Below are positions 1-10,517 of a stretch of DNA of 64,000 nucleotides, piece after piece. Each line of letters starts with the position of its first letter. Position 1 is the stretch's first letter. The position numbers were made by a program, and so were the translations under genes. The stretch is from positions 3,534,001-3,598,000 of the forward strand of contig JAQOWU010000008.1 in assembly GCA_030867685.1 (NCBI GenBank). The letters run 5' to 3'. Under the pieces are notes generated by a model, which did not search any database, had not been told where the DNA came from, and saw only the letters and a list, made by a program, of their open reading frames with translations. The stretch comes from Wickerhamiella versatilis (lineage: Eukaryota).

Positions 1-1
1 C

Positions 2-253
2 ACGATATTTATGGGAGAGTACGTCTTGAAAATTGTTCCAAAAGGTACGCATACGTTAAATAAATACATTAACGAGTACGAAATGCGGAAATTCATAGAA
101 AAGTTACCAGATTGGCAGTTTGCAAGGTCTCAAGGATGTATTTATGTGCCAACACAGGATTGGGTGCGTTTCGATGATAGCACTCCAGTACTTGGATGTA
201 CTATTGGGAAGTCAGGAGGTAACTATTTAATGGCAGCATACAAACCACTTTAA
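2..253 (+). CDS. COQ3: Ubiquinone biosynthesis O-methyltransferase, C-terminal part (5' end outside window)
   Basis: TIFMGEYVLKIVPKGTH..KYIN and terminal GNYLMA match the Coq3/UbiG C-terminus; frame is open to the window edge. Confidence 0.85.
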   Translation, partial: TIFMGEYVLKIVPKGTHTLNKYINEYEMRKFIEKLPDWQFARSQGCIYVPTQDWVRFDDSTPVLGCTIGKSGGNYLMAAYKPL

Positions 254-888
254 GCGGCAGCAGCCTTATCGGGATTCTCTAATGTTGATGGCGCAGTCTC
301 GTCGATGAACTGAGGAGGAGCCTCATCCATCAGGTAGCTTGGCGCATCCTGGGGCTGTTCTAGCTCTACATCATCACCCAATGCCTCGAGTTCTGCGTCT
401 AGCTCTGTCTCGTCAACATCTTCAGGTAGCGAATAATTACGTGACATAGTGTCTTGAAGCTCATCAGCAGTATCAAGCAATTCTGCCATCTCATCTTGCA
501 TGTCTTCGATCTTGTCGATATTTACCTTGCCGTACTGCTTTTTCAACTCCTTGTTAGCGGTTTTCATTGCATCAATTGTAACCATCGTATTTCGTAGATT
601 GTCTTGTGTCATAGAAGCCTGCTCCATATTCCATGTTTGGGATTCCAACTGATCTTTTTGGGCCTCCACTTGTTTGCGTTGCCGAAGTACTTTCAGGGCC
701 CTCTGTTTGATTGCCTGCTTACCAGGTCCTTCGCGCATATTAGCCAGCTTGCGCTGATACTGGGAAAGTTCTCCATTGATCTTAGCTAGTTTCACGTCAA
801 TCTCAGATATCCTCGTTTCGACGTTTCCAATGGCATCCTTTAGGCCAGGCTTTGGCACCTTAGAGCGTGAGCCAAAAAGTCGGTTCAT
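250..888 (-). CDS. VPS60: ESCRT-III Snf7-family protein Vps60/CHMP5
   Basis: MNRLFG start, KQRALKVLRQRK, QTWNMEQA, IDKIEDMQDEM, DETELDAELEAL. Confidence 0.95.
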   Translation of the reverse strand: MNRLFGSRSKVPKPGLKDAIGNVETRISEIDVKLAKINGELSQYQRKLANMREGPGKQAIKQRALKVLRQRKQVEAQKDQLESQTWNMEQASMTQDNLRNTMVTIDAMKTANKELKKQYGKVNIDKIEDMQDEMAELLDTADELQDTMSRNYSLPEDVDETELDAELEALGDDVELEQPQDAPSYLMDEAPPQFIDETAPSTLENPDKAAAA

Positions 889-1247
889 ATGCCTTACTAA
901 TTAATGAGAGTAGGAGATTCGTACTAAAGTGCCTGTCAAAGAGCAGTATTGTCGTTGGACAGTAACCGCCATTAGGTTGCGTAATAATAAAGTACATCAA
1001 AAAGAGACCTATCAGAGAATACAGCGGAAACCCTTTTGATATGCCACTACAGGTGGCTCATTTCTGACAATCAAGCTAATAAAATCCCTTATAATGCTTA
1101 TGCACACTAATATTCGAATGCTGCTATCACAATTGTCACCCGTTGGTGAAATTATAATTAAGGTGTCCGAGGTAATAGAGTTATTCGGTGTGACTATATA
1201 AGATTTGTCATCGTCAAGTCTCCATCAAAGACTGCATATTCCTACGA

Positions 1248-1862
1248 ATGAATTCGTTTAATTCAGTTCCTGAGGCCTTGGAAGCTTTTTCAAAAGGAGA
1301 ATTTGTCGTAGTGATGGATGATGAAGGTCGTGAGAATGAGGGCGATTTAATAGCCGCAGCCTCAGACATGACAACGGAAAAAATGGCATTCCTGGTTCAG
1401 CATTCCTCAGGCTACGTGTGCTGTCCCATGACAAATGCGATAGCAGACAAGCTTAAACTGCCTTTAATGGTTGAAAAACTCGAAGATCGCCATGGCACAG
1501 CATATACAGTAACCTGTGATGCTTTGGAGGGAACGACTACGGGTATTAGTGCCCACGACAGAGCATTGACGGCACGAAGATTGGCTGATCCAAGTAGCAC
1601 AGCGGCAACATTCAATCGCCCTGGCCATGTGCTACCTTTACGAGCCCGTGATGGCGGGGTGAAAGTCCGTAGAGGTCATACAGAGGCTTCTGTCGATTTG
1701 TGCAAGCTAAGCAACAAGGAACCTGTTGCAGTGATATGTGAAATAGTTAAACAAGAGGATGGCTCAATGGCACGCCGCGACGACTGTCTGAAATTTGCTC
1801 GAGACTATGGTCTAAAATCTTTAACTATCGACGCATTGGTGAGCTATATCCAAGATAATTAA
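1248..1862 (+). CDS. RIB3: 3,4-dihydroxy-2-butanone 4-phosphate synthase (riboflavin synthesis)
   Basis: VVVMDDEGRENEGDL, TTGISAHDRA, RPGHVLPL, RRGHTEA motifs. Confidence 0.97.
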   Translation: MNSFNSVPEALEAFSKGEFVVVMDDEGRENEGDLIAAASDMTTEKMAFLVQHSSGYVCCPMTNAIADKLKLPLMVEKLEDRHGTAYTVTCDALEGTTTGISAHDRALTARRLADPSSTAATFNRPGHVLPLRARDGGVKVRRGHTEASVDLCKLSNKEPVAVICEIVKQEDGSMARRDDCLKFARDYGLKSLTIDALVSYIQDN

Positions 1863-1863
1863 T

Positions 1864-3120
1864 TTACGCTATACCATTGTTGAACTTTTTTCCTCCCCAC
1901 TCGTAGCGTCGCTTCGTGTCTGCGAAATATGCGACTGTATCATCCGTAACCTCAGACCTACGTTTTTGGAACTCACCAACAACACCTTGCAGTATTTTTA
2001 TGCATAATTGTTTAAGTTCTCCCGTAAGCATTTCACCTCTAGTATAACGAAGTCGTATCGATTCAAGCTCCTCATCATCATCCATAAAGAACGATATATA
2101 CTGGAAGCTCACGTCGATATCGCAGTTTCCACCAACACGGCGCTGCTCCTCCACAGTGGCCTGGCCACCTGAAAATGCGTACTTATTGATCTTCTTTTGC
2201 ACTTGCTTCGGAGTGTCTGTCATAAAGACCGCTGAGACGTCGGAACTGGCGCTCATCTTCGACGAAGCACCTTGCAAAGCAGGGAAAAACTTGGAGTGAA
2301 GCAATGCAGGCTTGGGATGCCGCAATTTGAATGCCACGTCTCGCATAAGACGGAAGTAAGGATCTTGATCAATAGCACAGGGAATCAGACATGGTATTTT
2401 TTTGTCACCAAAAATATGGGGATAAGAATCGGCAAACCCAGCTGCAATTTGGATAGCGGGGTATTGAATACGTCCAATAGCTGCAGAATCGTCAAAGCCA
2501 AAAACAGCCCGCGCAGTATTCCATGTGATTTGGCGTGCTGTCCTAAGGACATTCTTATAGAACGCACCACCCATATAGTCACAATCGCTATACAAAAATG
2601 TTTTTTTAGGATCAAAACCCAACGCTATGATGTCCTTAGCGTTCTCGAGATAAAATTGATGTGTCTGTTCGAGGGTCAGAGAGTGTTTGAACAAAAACTT
2701 CTCATCATCTGTCATTTCAATCACTAAAGGCACATCAAAAACGTCCTGCAACCATTTGGTGAACATAAACGGGATCAGATGGCCAAGATGCATACTGTCC
2801 GACGATGGGCCACGTCCTGTGTAGAGAAAAAACGGTTTCCCCTGTTCATAAAGATCCAGTATCTGTGAAAAATCTCTCTCACTGAAAAAGAGACCGCGCC
2901 TCATGAGCAAATGTGGTCGATGACCGGTCACTTTTTCAAAACGTTCCAGAATCTCTGGCGTGATATGTTTAGATCCGAAAGAGACTATAAGCTTTTCGTA
3001 GTCTATTCCCTGATTAACGCCATCCTCAACAGCACCATCAACTTCCCAAGGGGTTACTCTCTGCTCGCGAGGCTCCTCCTTCTCTTCCAGGCTAAGGTTC
3101 TGAACTTCCGGTTTGCTCAT
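1864..3120 (-). CDS. WRS1: Cytoplasmic tryptophanyl-tRNA synthetase
   Basis: [21 protein letters not shown] (HIGH), [14 protein letters not shown] (KMSKS). Confidence 0.97.
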   Translation of the reverse strand: MSKPEVQNLSLEEKEEPREQRVTPWEVDGAVEDGVNQGIDYEKLIVSFGSKHITPEILERFEKVTGHRPHLLMRRGLFFSERDFSQILDLYEQGKPFFLYTGRGPSSDSMHLGHLIPFMFTKWLQDVFDVPLVIEMTDDEKFLFKHSLTLEQTHQFYLENAKDIIALGFDPKKTFLYSDCDYMGGAFYKNVLRTARQITWNTARAVFGFDDSAAIGRIQYPAIQIAAGFADSYPHIFGDKKIPCLIPCAIDQDPYFRLMRDVAFKLRHPKPALLHSKFFPALQGASSKMSASSDVSAVFMTDTPKQVQKKINKYAFSGGQATVEEQRRVGGNCDIDVSFQYISFFMDDDEELESIRLRYTRGEMLTGELKQLCIKILQGVVGEFQKRRSEVTDDTVAYFADTKRRYEWGGKKFNNGIA

Positions 3121-3191
3121 ATATTGTGACTAAGTCTGAGTATGTAGGGATACTTTTCGCCTTAGGTATGTAGACTATATCATTTTATCCT

Positions 3192-3854
3192 CTATTCAAA
3201 ACGAGCCACGGCCTCCTTCCAGTTAATGACATTCCAAATAGCCTTGAAATAATCAGCTTTAACGTTTTTATACTGCAAGTAGTAGGCATGCTCCCAGGCA
3301 TCGATACCGACAATAGGAATATGAGTACCGGGAACCTGGTCCTGGTTTGCCGTAGTAAGTACTTCAAGGGCTCCTGTTGCCTTGTCCTTGGCAATCCAAG
3401 CCCATCCTGAGCCTTGGATACCAGCAAGCTTACCATTGGTGGTCGAGATCAAGTTGTCAAGCGAACCCCATTCTGAACTGATAGCCTTGGCAAGAGCCGA
3501 TCCAGCGGCAGGTGGTTCACCGCCGCCAGCATTCTGGGGGGCAAGATTTTCCCAAAACAAGTTGTGGTTCACGTAGCCACCACCATTGAAGTTTATTGCT
3601 GGCAGAAGGGTGCCTTGGGTACGGACATCACCAGCTTGAATTGCTTCCTGAAGCTTCTCCATGGCAGTGTTGTATCCATTGATATAAGTACGGTGGTGCT
3701 TCAAGTAGTGTGTCTCCATAATATCAGCGGAAATAAAAGGCTCCAAGGCGTTGAAATCGTAACGAAGATCCGGCTGCGTAGCCTTTGTCCGCTTAATCAC
3801 GGTGGAAAACGCGGGTCTCGTAGCGGCCTTCGAAAAAAGAGTACTGCGGAACAT
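3192..3854 (-). CDS. SOD2: Mitochondrial Mn superoxide dismutase
   Basis: Arg/Ser-rich presequence, HYLKHH, NHNLFW, GSGWAW, NQD, DAWEHAYY. Confidence 0.97.
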   Translation of the reverse strand: MFRSTLFSKAATRPAFSTVIKRTKATQPDLRYDFNALEPFISADIMETHYLKHHRTYINGYNTAMEKLQEAIQAGDVRTQGTLLPAINFNGGGYVNHNLFWENLAPQNAGGGEPPAAGSALAKAISSEWGSLDNLISTTNGKLAGIQGSGWAWIAKDKATGALEVLTTANQDQVPGTHIPIVGIDAWEHAYYLQYKNVKADYFKAIWNVINWKEAVARFE

Positions 3855-4266
3855 TACAAAATAGTAACGGTGCGAATGGACTGCTTATATGGCAACGGGT
3901 GATCGGTGATTGCGGTCCAAATTTGTAAGTATCAATGTAAGATTGCGCACAGGTAAGATAACGTGACCAGACCCATACTTTTTTCTGGGGCACCTGCGAT
4001 GGGAGGTGCCACACTTTTCGTGAATGGCCCCACAGTCACCGCTTAAAAGTAGGAAGTACTTACCTGGTAATTGTAGGTTCTTAGGGACAAGTTTGATGTT
4101 TGTGGTGCTTGATTTTTTTTTGATAGCCGACGAAGTAGGTTAAAATTACAGTATGCCTGGTTTAGTATTAAAAGACTCAATTTCCACATCTATTGATTGG
4201 TCCGTCTCTGTTCGGGGAGGAGTGCTTACATATTGATTAGATTTCACACGTCACCACTGGAACAAG

Positions 4267-4580
4267 ATGGTAAGTTATATTGAATCGTGAAATATCGAGA
4301 GAAACTAACATGATAGTCACTAGATGGTCTCGTTGGTCTTGGTATGCTTACAGTGGCGACCATAGTGTTCGTTTACTACACTTTTTGGACGTTTGCGCTG
4401 CCATTCGTAGACGAGTCGCATCCTATCGTCCAGCTCTTCCCTCCACGTGAGTGGATTATACGTATTCCAGCCCTGCTCCTCATAGCTGGTCTTTTAGTAG
4501 TTGGTACTTTTATCGGTACTGTTGTTATCAGAGGCCAGAAAAAGCGTCAGGCTAAGCAAGCTGGAAAAAAAACACAATGA
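4267..4580 (+). CDS. DPM2: Dolichol-phosphate mannosyltransferase subunit 2; exon 1 is the ATG only (4267-4269), exon 2 is 4317-4580
   Basis: Spliced product MSLDGLVGLGMLTVATIVFVYYTFW...FPPREWIIRIP matches the DPM2 family; splicing keeps the frame. Confidence 0.88.
4270..4316 (+). other. Spliceosomal intron (47 nt) in DPM2
   Basis: GTAAGT donor directly after the ATG, ACTAAC branch point at 4304-4309, TAG acceptor at 4314-4316. Confidence 0.85.
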
Positions 4581-4698
4581 AGGATAAAGGATGAATGCTT
4601 CTATTATATACTATTTCTGTAGTTCCTATGCAAATCTATCTCACTTGTACTTGACTTGACTTTAAACTAGTCACGGTTGTACAGAATCTACACCCCTC

Positions 4699-5115
4699 AT
4701 GTCAGCAATGGATAAGTTCATAGAGTGTGCAAATGCACTGCTGGCAGCCAGGCCTGACACTGCTCGGGTGTCGACGAGGTTTACCCATAAAAAAGCTTCA
4801 AAGTCTGGAGAGCGGGTGTCTCCGTCTGCGAAGCCGGCAGTGGCAATCATAAAGGTCTATGACCCTGTATCTGGAGCTGTCTATAAGTATCGTCTGGAAA
4901 AGCAAAACGAGCTGTCCCGAATACTATCCAGTCTGGGACCTCAGTATATTGAACTCACCCATTTGGGTGAGACTCCTCAAAGAAAACGAGGATTGGCTAG
5001 CATCATGAGTGACGTTGAACCGTCAGAGCTCCCTCAACCAGCAGAATCTAATACACAAGAAGGGCCCGCACCAACCTCTGGAGGCGCTGGAAAGCGGAAG
5101 AAGTCCAAGCGATAG
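4699..5115 (+). CDS. SRP21: Signal recognition particle subunit Srp21 (SRP9/21 family)
   Basis: FIECANALLAARPDTARVS...KVYDPVSGAVYKY..ELSRIL; basic C-terminal tail. Confidence 0.8.
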   Translation: MSAMDKFIECANALLAARPDTARVSTRFTHKKASKSGERVSPSAKPAVAIIKVYDPVSGAVYKYRLEKQNELSRILSSLGPQYIELTHLGETPQRKRGLASIMSDVEPSELPQPAESNTQEGPAPTSGGAGKRKKSKR

Positions 5116-5164
5116 CTTTTTTATGCGTAAATCTAATAAATACCTAGTACATTGTACTTATATT

Positions 5165-6352
5165 TCATTCGACGTCATTGTCGTCGCTACGAGCTGTTTC
5201 TTCTTGTTCATCATGTTGTTCCCGGTCCCGTTCCCGGTCCCGTTCGTCTACTGATTCTCCTTGATATTGCGACTCCTCGGAAGGGTTTTCTTCTTCCTCC
5301 GCAATGTCCTGACTAGCACCTAGGGTGAGCTGATCATAAGGTGGTGCGGGATTGGGATCACCTCCGTCCATTATGCTCGGTGGACCACTAACGAACGATG
5401 GCGGACTTACTGGTGGAGGAGTCCTTCTTGTAGTAGTGGCCTGAAGAAGCACAGAATCTTCTTGCTCACCATATGCCGGTGGAGGAGCCAAGGTGCCTTG
5501 TGCTGGGGCGAGACCCCACTTCTTTACATTAGCTTCCAAATATACAAAACCCGCCTGACCCAAATTGACGTAAACTTGGCATGGCCCAGTAGCACCTATG
5601 GTAGGAAAAAGATTCATGCGCATACCGTTCACGACGTCGTCAAGCTTCTTACCATTATGAGTAAAAAAGATAGTTCCTGTTCTAGTCCTGCAGCCAACCC
5701 CGATTACATCTCCTCTTTGAAAGCGGTGACCGTATTTTCTAGCACTGAACGGTTGGTTCAGTCGTCGAACCCCAGTGCTTTCGTAGGAAACCGAATAACG
5801 ATGCATACCGGGAATCCTGAACATTGGATATGGCTTGGTGATCAGACCAACACCCAATGTAGTTTGTGGTGGCAAATCGTAAATCTTACACTCCCAGTAG
5901 TATATATCATTTTGTTTTGGTAATGGCAGATTCGTACAAACAGAGCATACAGAATCTCGAAATTCAATTTCAAGCCGATTTTGCACAAGCACACTTTGTT
6001 GGAGAATATCGAAAGTGAATTCCCAAGCATTGACACCCTTCTCCTGTATGGCCATGAACTGGGATAGTGATATATCCGTATCTCCTGAATTTGGTGGATT
6101 GTGCTCCACAAACCTTTTAGCCATCAGATAGCTTTGGCGTGATTCTTCATTCATAAGCTCAAGCGCTTGCTCTTCCTCTTTCATGAATTGTTCACTATCG
6201 TCAAAAACGCCGGGAAGGTCGTCTCCTAGGGCAATACCGCCACCACAGCAAAAGCTGATGATGACGATTACCATGGCAAGCGTAATTAGCATCCCACAAA
6301 TACTGGATATTACTGCGGCCAGAATGCCTGCCAACTGGTCGTCATCAACCAT
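5165..6352 (-). CDS. SSH4: Single-TM SPRY-domain Rsp5 adaptor Ssh4/Ear1
   Basis: N-terminal TM helix, SPRY motifs (TNLPLP, YYWECKI, KPYP.FR.PG, GDVIGVG, NLGQAGFVYLEANVKKWG), PY-like motifs PPAY and APPY. Confidence 0.9.
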   Translation of the reverse strand: MVDDDQLAGILAAVISSICGMLITLAMVIVIISFCCGGGIALGDDLPGVFDDSEQFMKEEEQALELMNEESRQSYLMAKRFVEHNPPNSGDTDISLSQFMAIQEKGVNAWEFTFDILQQSVLVQNRLEIEFRDSVCSVCTNLPLPKQNDIYYWECKIYDLPPQTTLGVGLITKPYPMFRIPGMHRYSVSYESTGVRRLNQPFSARKYGHRFQRGDVIGVGCRTRTGTIFFTHNGKKLDDVVNGMRMNLFPTIGATGPCQVYVNLGQAGFVYLEANVKKWGLAPAQGTLAPPPAYGEQEDSVLLQATTTRRTPPPVSPPSFVSGPPSIMDGGDPNPAPPYDQLTLGASQDIAEEEENPSEESQYQGESVDERDRERDREQHDEQEETARSDDNDVE

Positions 6353-6541
6353 TGTAACCTTTCAAATAACCTGATTGAATTCCACTGAAATGGGTAATCA
6401 CTTGGATTATATAATGGAAATACTGCCTTTTGTGCTCTCGCACTCCGTGGGTCTGAACCATGCGTCTTCCAAAGAAGCTAAATATCTACATTAGCCATCC
6501 TAAAAACTTTTTAGTGCTAAAAAACAGTCCAATTTGTATTA

Positions 6542-8407
6542 CTACTTATTTTCATCCGTATTTTCGTCCTCAGGCTCTGTATCAGTATCGATGTCACTGA
6601 GGTCATCCTCCTCATCGCTAGACTCATCATTGTCGTCACCACCCTTCTCCTTTGCTTCTTCCTCATCAAGCCCTTCATCCTGTATCTTTTCTGGACTGGT
6701 TTGAGCTGGCTTGACGTCTAACGGAACGCGAATATTTATATCGCAGCCAAAATATGCTGTATTTATTAGCTCCAGACGGAACGCAAATTGGCCAGGGAAT
6801 GGTGGGCTAGCTGATGTGATCGGGAAGTTTAGCGTACCGACAACAAGAGAATCCTTGGTAGCATCAGGTCCTAGCTTCAGGTTGGAAAGATTCATATTTG
6901 CAACTTCCATAGGCCCCTGAATTATTCTGTTGTCACGGTCGCCTACAACATAACCGATCCAGCGAACGGGGGAATCACCAGGGAACCACTCAGAATGAGC
7001 AGCAATGGGTAATTTGGGTTGACGACGGTTATACAAACTTGGATCTTGGGCAACACGATGGTCAATTGTTGACACAGGTTGACTCAACGCTTTCAGCTCA
7101 TCTTGGTCAAACTTTGGAGGCGACACACCTAATGGCAGGACCATGAAGGTAAGTTGAAGATACATCTGACTGCTAGGGGTGACATACTCTTCACCACTCA
7201 CCTTAAATTCAGCATGAAGTGGCATGATTCGTGGAATTATAGAAGCACCATTTTTCACACATTGATCCAGAGACAGTTCCTCCTTGGAACCACCTTTCTC
7301 CGCAGCAGCCAGGTCTGAGCCAGGTAGCTGTAAATACTCTCCATGTCTCATCATATCAAGAGGCACTGCTTGCACTATTGCGCAGTGAAGCTCAATTATT
7401 CTCCTGCAGAGCAAAATATTTTTGAATTCTGAAGCAATCTCCAGCAGCCCCATGAGAAGTCGTTCTGCAGTCGTTGCCACGACATATGCATCCTTCGAGG
7501 TACTTGAAGAGCGATCAAGATACTCAGATAACAGCTCCATTCGCTTTTCAAAGGAAACGCCATCTGGTAATGCCGCATCCATGTCTGCACTGCGGAGAAC
7601 AACATTGATGATTCGGGAGGTCACAATAAAGTGGGGCTGTTCCTTGATACAGAGTTCAACGAACTGTGCCGCTGTCTTCTGTAGCAATCCACGGCGAGTA
7701 CGAAGCTGTGATTGAGTCCAGCGTGAACCGACTATGTAAGGAAGACCTATGCCAAATGCCAAGACATAGATGAGCACGACAAGAGGGCTGGCCGTCCCAA
7801 TGAGGAATGCTGGAAGAGCAATTCCATGAGTGACGGGCTGAGGCCCATCTGGATGACCATAGCGCTGGAAATTCTCTTTCGTGTCCGGGTCTGTGAGTGC
7901 CCTATAAGCCTTTGTGATTTCCACGTAAAAGGCTTCGACTTCTTCCTTGGTCTTGCCGGTGCTGTCAATGTCTCTCACCTTATCCGGGTGATATTGCAAT
8001 GAGAGCTTTCGATAGGCGCTTCTGATTTCTCTATCACTGGAAGACGTAGCGACATCCAATACTAGCCAAGGATCCCAATATGAACCTCTCTGCGTGTCAT
8101 CAACAGTTTTGCCACTTGTAGCGGCCAGCCGAACAAGTAAGGCAAAGAGCAGCCATCCCACTGCAAGTATACACGCTTTCGAACTTATAAACGTCTGCTT
8201 ACGCTGCTGCAGCTGTCGAAATTGCGTTTGACTTTTAGCCGTGTCTTCAGCTGGACGAGCGCGGTATTGTGACGCCTTGTCACCGCTACCAGAAACAGCG
8301 CTCAATATGTAGCTGATAGTGACGGGAATCAGAACCACACCAAGAAGAGTGATGGCGAAGAACGGCCACACCTCCGCGGACTCGTCATATGAGTAGCGAG
8401 CGTCCAT
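6542..8407 (-). CDS. SEC63: ER translocon J-protein Sec63
   Basis: MDARYSYDE..WPFF start, TM helices, J domain with HPD, YGHPDGPQ, acidic tail DIDTDTE. Confidence 0.95.
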   Translation of the reverse strand: MDARYSYDESAEVWPFFAITLLGVVLIPVTISYILSAVSGSGDKASQYRARPAEDTAKSQTQFRQLQQRKQTFISSKACILAVGWLLFALLVRLAATSGKTVDDTQRGSYWDPWLVLDVATSSSDREIRSAYRKLSLQYHPDKVRDIDSTGKTKEEVEAFYVEITKAYRALTDPDTKENFQRYGHPDGPQPVTHGIALPAFLIGTASPLVVLIYVLAFGIGLPYIVGSRWTQSQLRTRRGLLQKTAAQFVELCIKEQPHFIVTSRIINVVLRSADMDAALPDGVSFEKRMELLSEYLDRSSSTSKDAYVVATTAERLLMGLLEIASEFKNILLCRRIIELHCAIVQAVPLDMMRHGEYLQLPGSDLAAAEKGGSKEELSLDQCVKNGASIIPRIMPLHAEFKVSGEEYVTPSSQMYLQLTFMVLPLGVSPPKFDQDELKALSQPVSTIDHRVAQDPSLYNRRQPKLPIAAHSEWFPGDSPVRWIGYVVGDRDNRIIQGPMEVANMNLSNLKLGPDATKDSLVVGTLNFPITSASPPFPGQFAFRLELINTAYFGCDINIRVPLDVKPAQTSPEKIQDEGLDEEEAKEKGGDDNDESSDEEDDLSDIDTDTEPEDENTDENK

Positions 8408-8756
8408 TAATAACACTTGGGCACGCTGGCGCGAGTAGATGTTCAACCTTATACTCGTAGAATTTCATTAGGTTAATATTGTTGATTCTTGCTAAGAAAA
8501 TTATCGAAATTTGTTTGAAAAACAGTAGTTTATGCCATGATTTGTAGAATTATACCACGGGGAGTGCCTAGCTGCTGCAGCTTCTAAGGGGCGGCTAATA
8601 TAAAGAGTTATATTTACAAAATTAATAGGGCATAAATACAACCAGCTATTCCCCTTATGACCGCATGCAAAGGCTTTCTTTTTCGTGGGTCAACTATATT
8701 GAGGTTGTCATAACTGGCCGGCCATACCAGCTGAAAAGTTTTGTCATCAGCTCTCT

Positions 8757-10469
8757 ATGGGGGGTGGATTTCACAATAGGAGAAGGAGGAACGGGCAGAG
8801 CGAAGGCCAAGGAATGGCAATCGACTCTCAGCCTCAGGAAATGCCTCAAGTTTCTATTCGGAATTGGGAAGGTGGTAGCGTTGATGATGTTGTTAGGTTC
8901 CTTCAGAATAAAACCCGACTTCAACTCCGCAACCCACACCTGGAAGGTAATGTTGTCGTGGCACAGTGCAGGAAGCAGGACGTTGGAGTGTTTGAACGTT
9001 GGAATGGAGCACGTTTTGCCGGAAGATCGTTGAGTCTGCAGGTCCAGAAGCCCGCAGCTCCCGACAGTGCCGTTCATCTCCTAGAAAACTTTTTGCGCAG
9101 CCGTTATGACCCCGCAACTCAACTTTTGAATCTTGCAAACATGCGGGGTGATCCTATACTCACAGGAGCTGGTCTTTTCAGCACCCCGACACGTACATCG
9201 AAAATGTTCCAAGCACTTATGAAGCTTGCTGGCGAGCTTTTGCCTGGCGTACGTAGTGTTAGCTTGGAATCCAATGATATGCAGGATGTAACAAATGTTA
9301 CGCAGCTTTCGCAGACCTACCCCAAACTCGAGAATCTCAGCTTGGCCAACAACCGGATTACAAGCACTAGAGGTCTGAGTGTCTGGCGTAACAAATTTCC
9401 TTTATTGCGTGAGCTTGTTTTAGCAGGTAACCCCCTTATGCCGGCTCAGAGCGCCGAAGTGGTAGCTATGTTCCCCCGTCTACTGATTCTCGATAGCGTT
9501 CAAGTGAGGAGTGAGGCTGAACTTCCGTCAAACTCTTTACCGGTGCCCATGAAACTAACTTTTTTTGAGAATCCCGAAATCCAGCAAATGGCTACGGCGT
9601 TCCTAACAAACTTTTTTGGTTTGTGGGATGTGAACCGCGATGGTTTATTGCAACTGTACGATGCTCTATCTGAGTTTTCCCTGTGCTATAATGCTGCCAC
9701 CCCAAGGTTGTCTCTAGCGAATAATACACATACTGGACGTACTGGTCCTTACATTGCTGAGTCGCGCAACTTGATGCGGACATCTACGGCAAATGCGCGT
9801 CACCACCGGGTAGCCTTGGGGCCCGAAGCGGTTAAACGCGTCTTCAATCATATTCCAAGGACAAAACATGACTTGTCCAAGCCGGGTGCTTTTGCAATAG
9901 ATGCCTGGCAAGTGCATGACATCCGTCAACAGGGTGATACCGGTGTTCTTATGTCTGTTCATGGCGAATTTGTTGATCAGGATACGGACTTCCCCCGTTC
10001 TTTTGATAGGACATTGATAGTGGTCCCATCCCCGACCGGTGCAATGGTAATAGCTTCTGATATGCTTACCGTGCGCTCTCACTCGGCAATGCCTCAGCCA
10101 GACCCGCAACCTAACCAACATGTCCCCGGGGCGCCTGTCCCTGGAGCGCTTGTCCCTGGAGCGCCTGTCCCTGGAGCGCCTGTTCCAGGAGCGCCTGTTC
10201 CAGGAGCTCCTGTACCTGCTCCTTCAGCATTGCCAGGTCAACCTATGCCGGCACCATTGCAGAATCAGCCTCCAATTCAGCAAGCACCGCAGCTAAACCC
10301 TGGGCCGGGACCAGAAGCTAATGTGGTGCAGGCCCTTATGCAGCAGACCCGTTTGAATGCCCATTATGCTGAATTGTGTGCCAAAGAAGCCAATTTTGAC
10401 TTAGGCGTCGCTTTCTCGTTATTCGAACAGTCTCGCTCCAATTTACCCCCAGATGCTTTTTCTGGGTAG
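8757..10469 (+). CDS. MEX67: mRNA export factor Mex67/NXF1 (RRM-LRR-NTF2-UBA)
   Basis: FLRSRYDP..QLLNL, LRR repeats (LENLSLANN, LRELVLAGNP), NTF2-like SVHGEF..RSFDRT, TAP_C-like C-terminus ending LPPDAF. Confidence 0.93.
   Translation: MGGGFHNRRRRNGQSEGQGMAIDSQPQEMPQVSIRNWEGGSVDDVVRFLQNKTRLQLRNPHLEGNVVVAQCRKQDVGVFERWNGARFAGRSLSLQVQKPAAPDSAVHLLENFLRSRYDPATQLLNLANMRGDPILTGAGLFSTPTRTSKMFQALMKLAGELLPGVRSVSLESNDMQDVTNVTQLSQTYPKLENLSLANNRITSTRGLSVWRNKFPLLRELVLAGNPLMPAQSAEVVAMFPRLLILDSVQVRSEAELPSNSLPVPMKLTFFENPEIQQMATAFLTNFFGLWDVNRDGLLQLYDALSEFSLCYNAATPRLSLANNTHTGRTGPYIAESRNLMRTSTANARHHRVALGPEAVKRVFNHIPRTKHDLSKPGAFAIDAWQVHDIRQQGDTGVLMSVHGEFVDQDTDFPRSFDRTLIVVPSPTGAMVIASDMLTVRSHSAMPQPDPQPNQHVPGAPVPGALVPGAPVPGAPVPGAPVPGAPVPAPSALPGQPMPAPLQNQPPIQQAPQLNPGPGPEANVVQALMQQTRLNAHYAELCAKEANFDLGVAFSLFEQSRSNLPPDAFSG
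10122..10211 (+). repeat. Six tandem 15-bp units encoding (VPGAP)x6 inside MEX67
   Basis: gtccccggggcgcct / gtccctggagcgctt / gtccctggagcgcct x2 / gttccaggagcgcct / gttccaggagctcct. Confidence 0.95.
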
Positions 10470-10517
10470 GTTTGAAGAGTTTTAAAAAAAATACTTATAC
10501 AGATATGCTAATATTTT

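Noticed and set aside
3988..4010. 7-bp inverted repeat GGCACCT/AGGTGCC in the SOD2-DPM2 promoter
   Set aside because: A single short stem is expected by chance in 64 kb
4057..4125. TACTTACCTGG resembling the U1 snRNA 5' end, with a U-run downstream
   Set aside because: No U1-70K (GAUCA) or U1A (AUUGCAC) loops and too short. As a minus-strand donor it lies upstream of the likely SOD2 TATA near 3886
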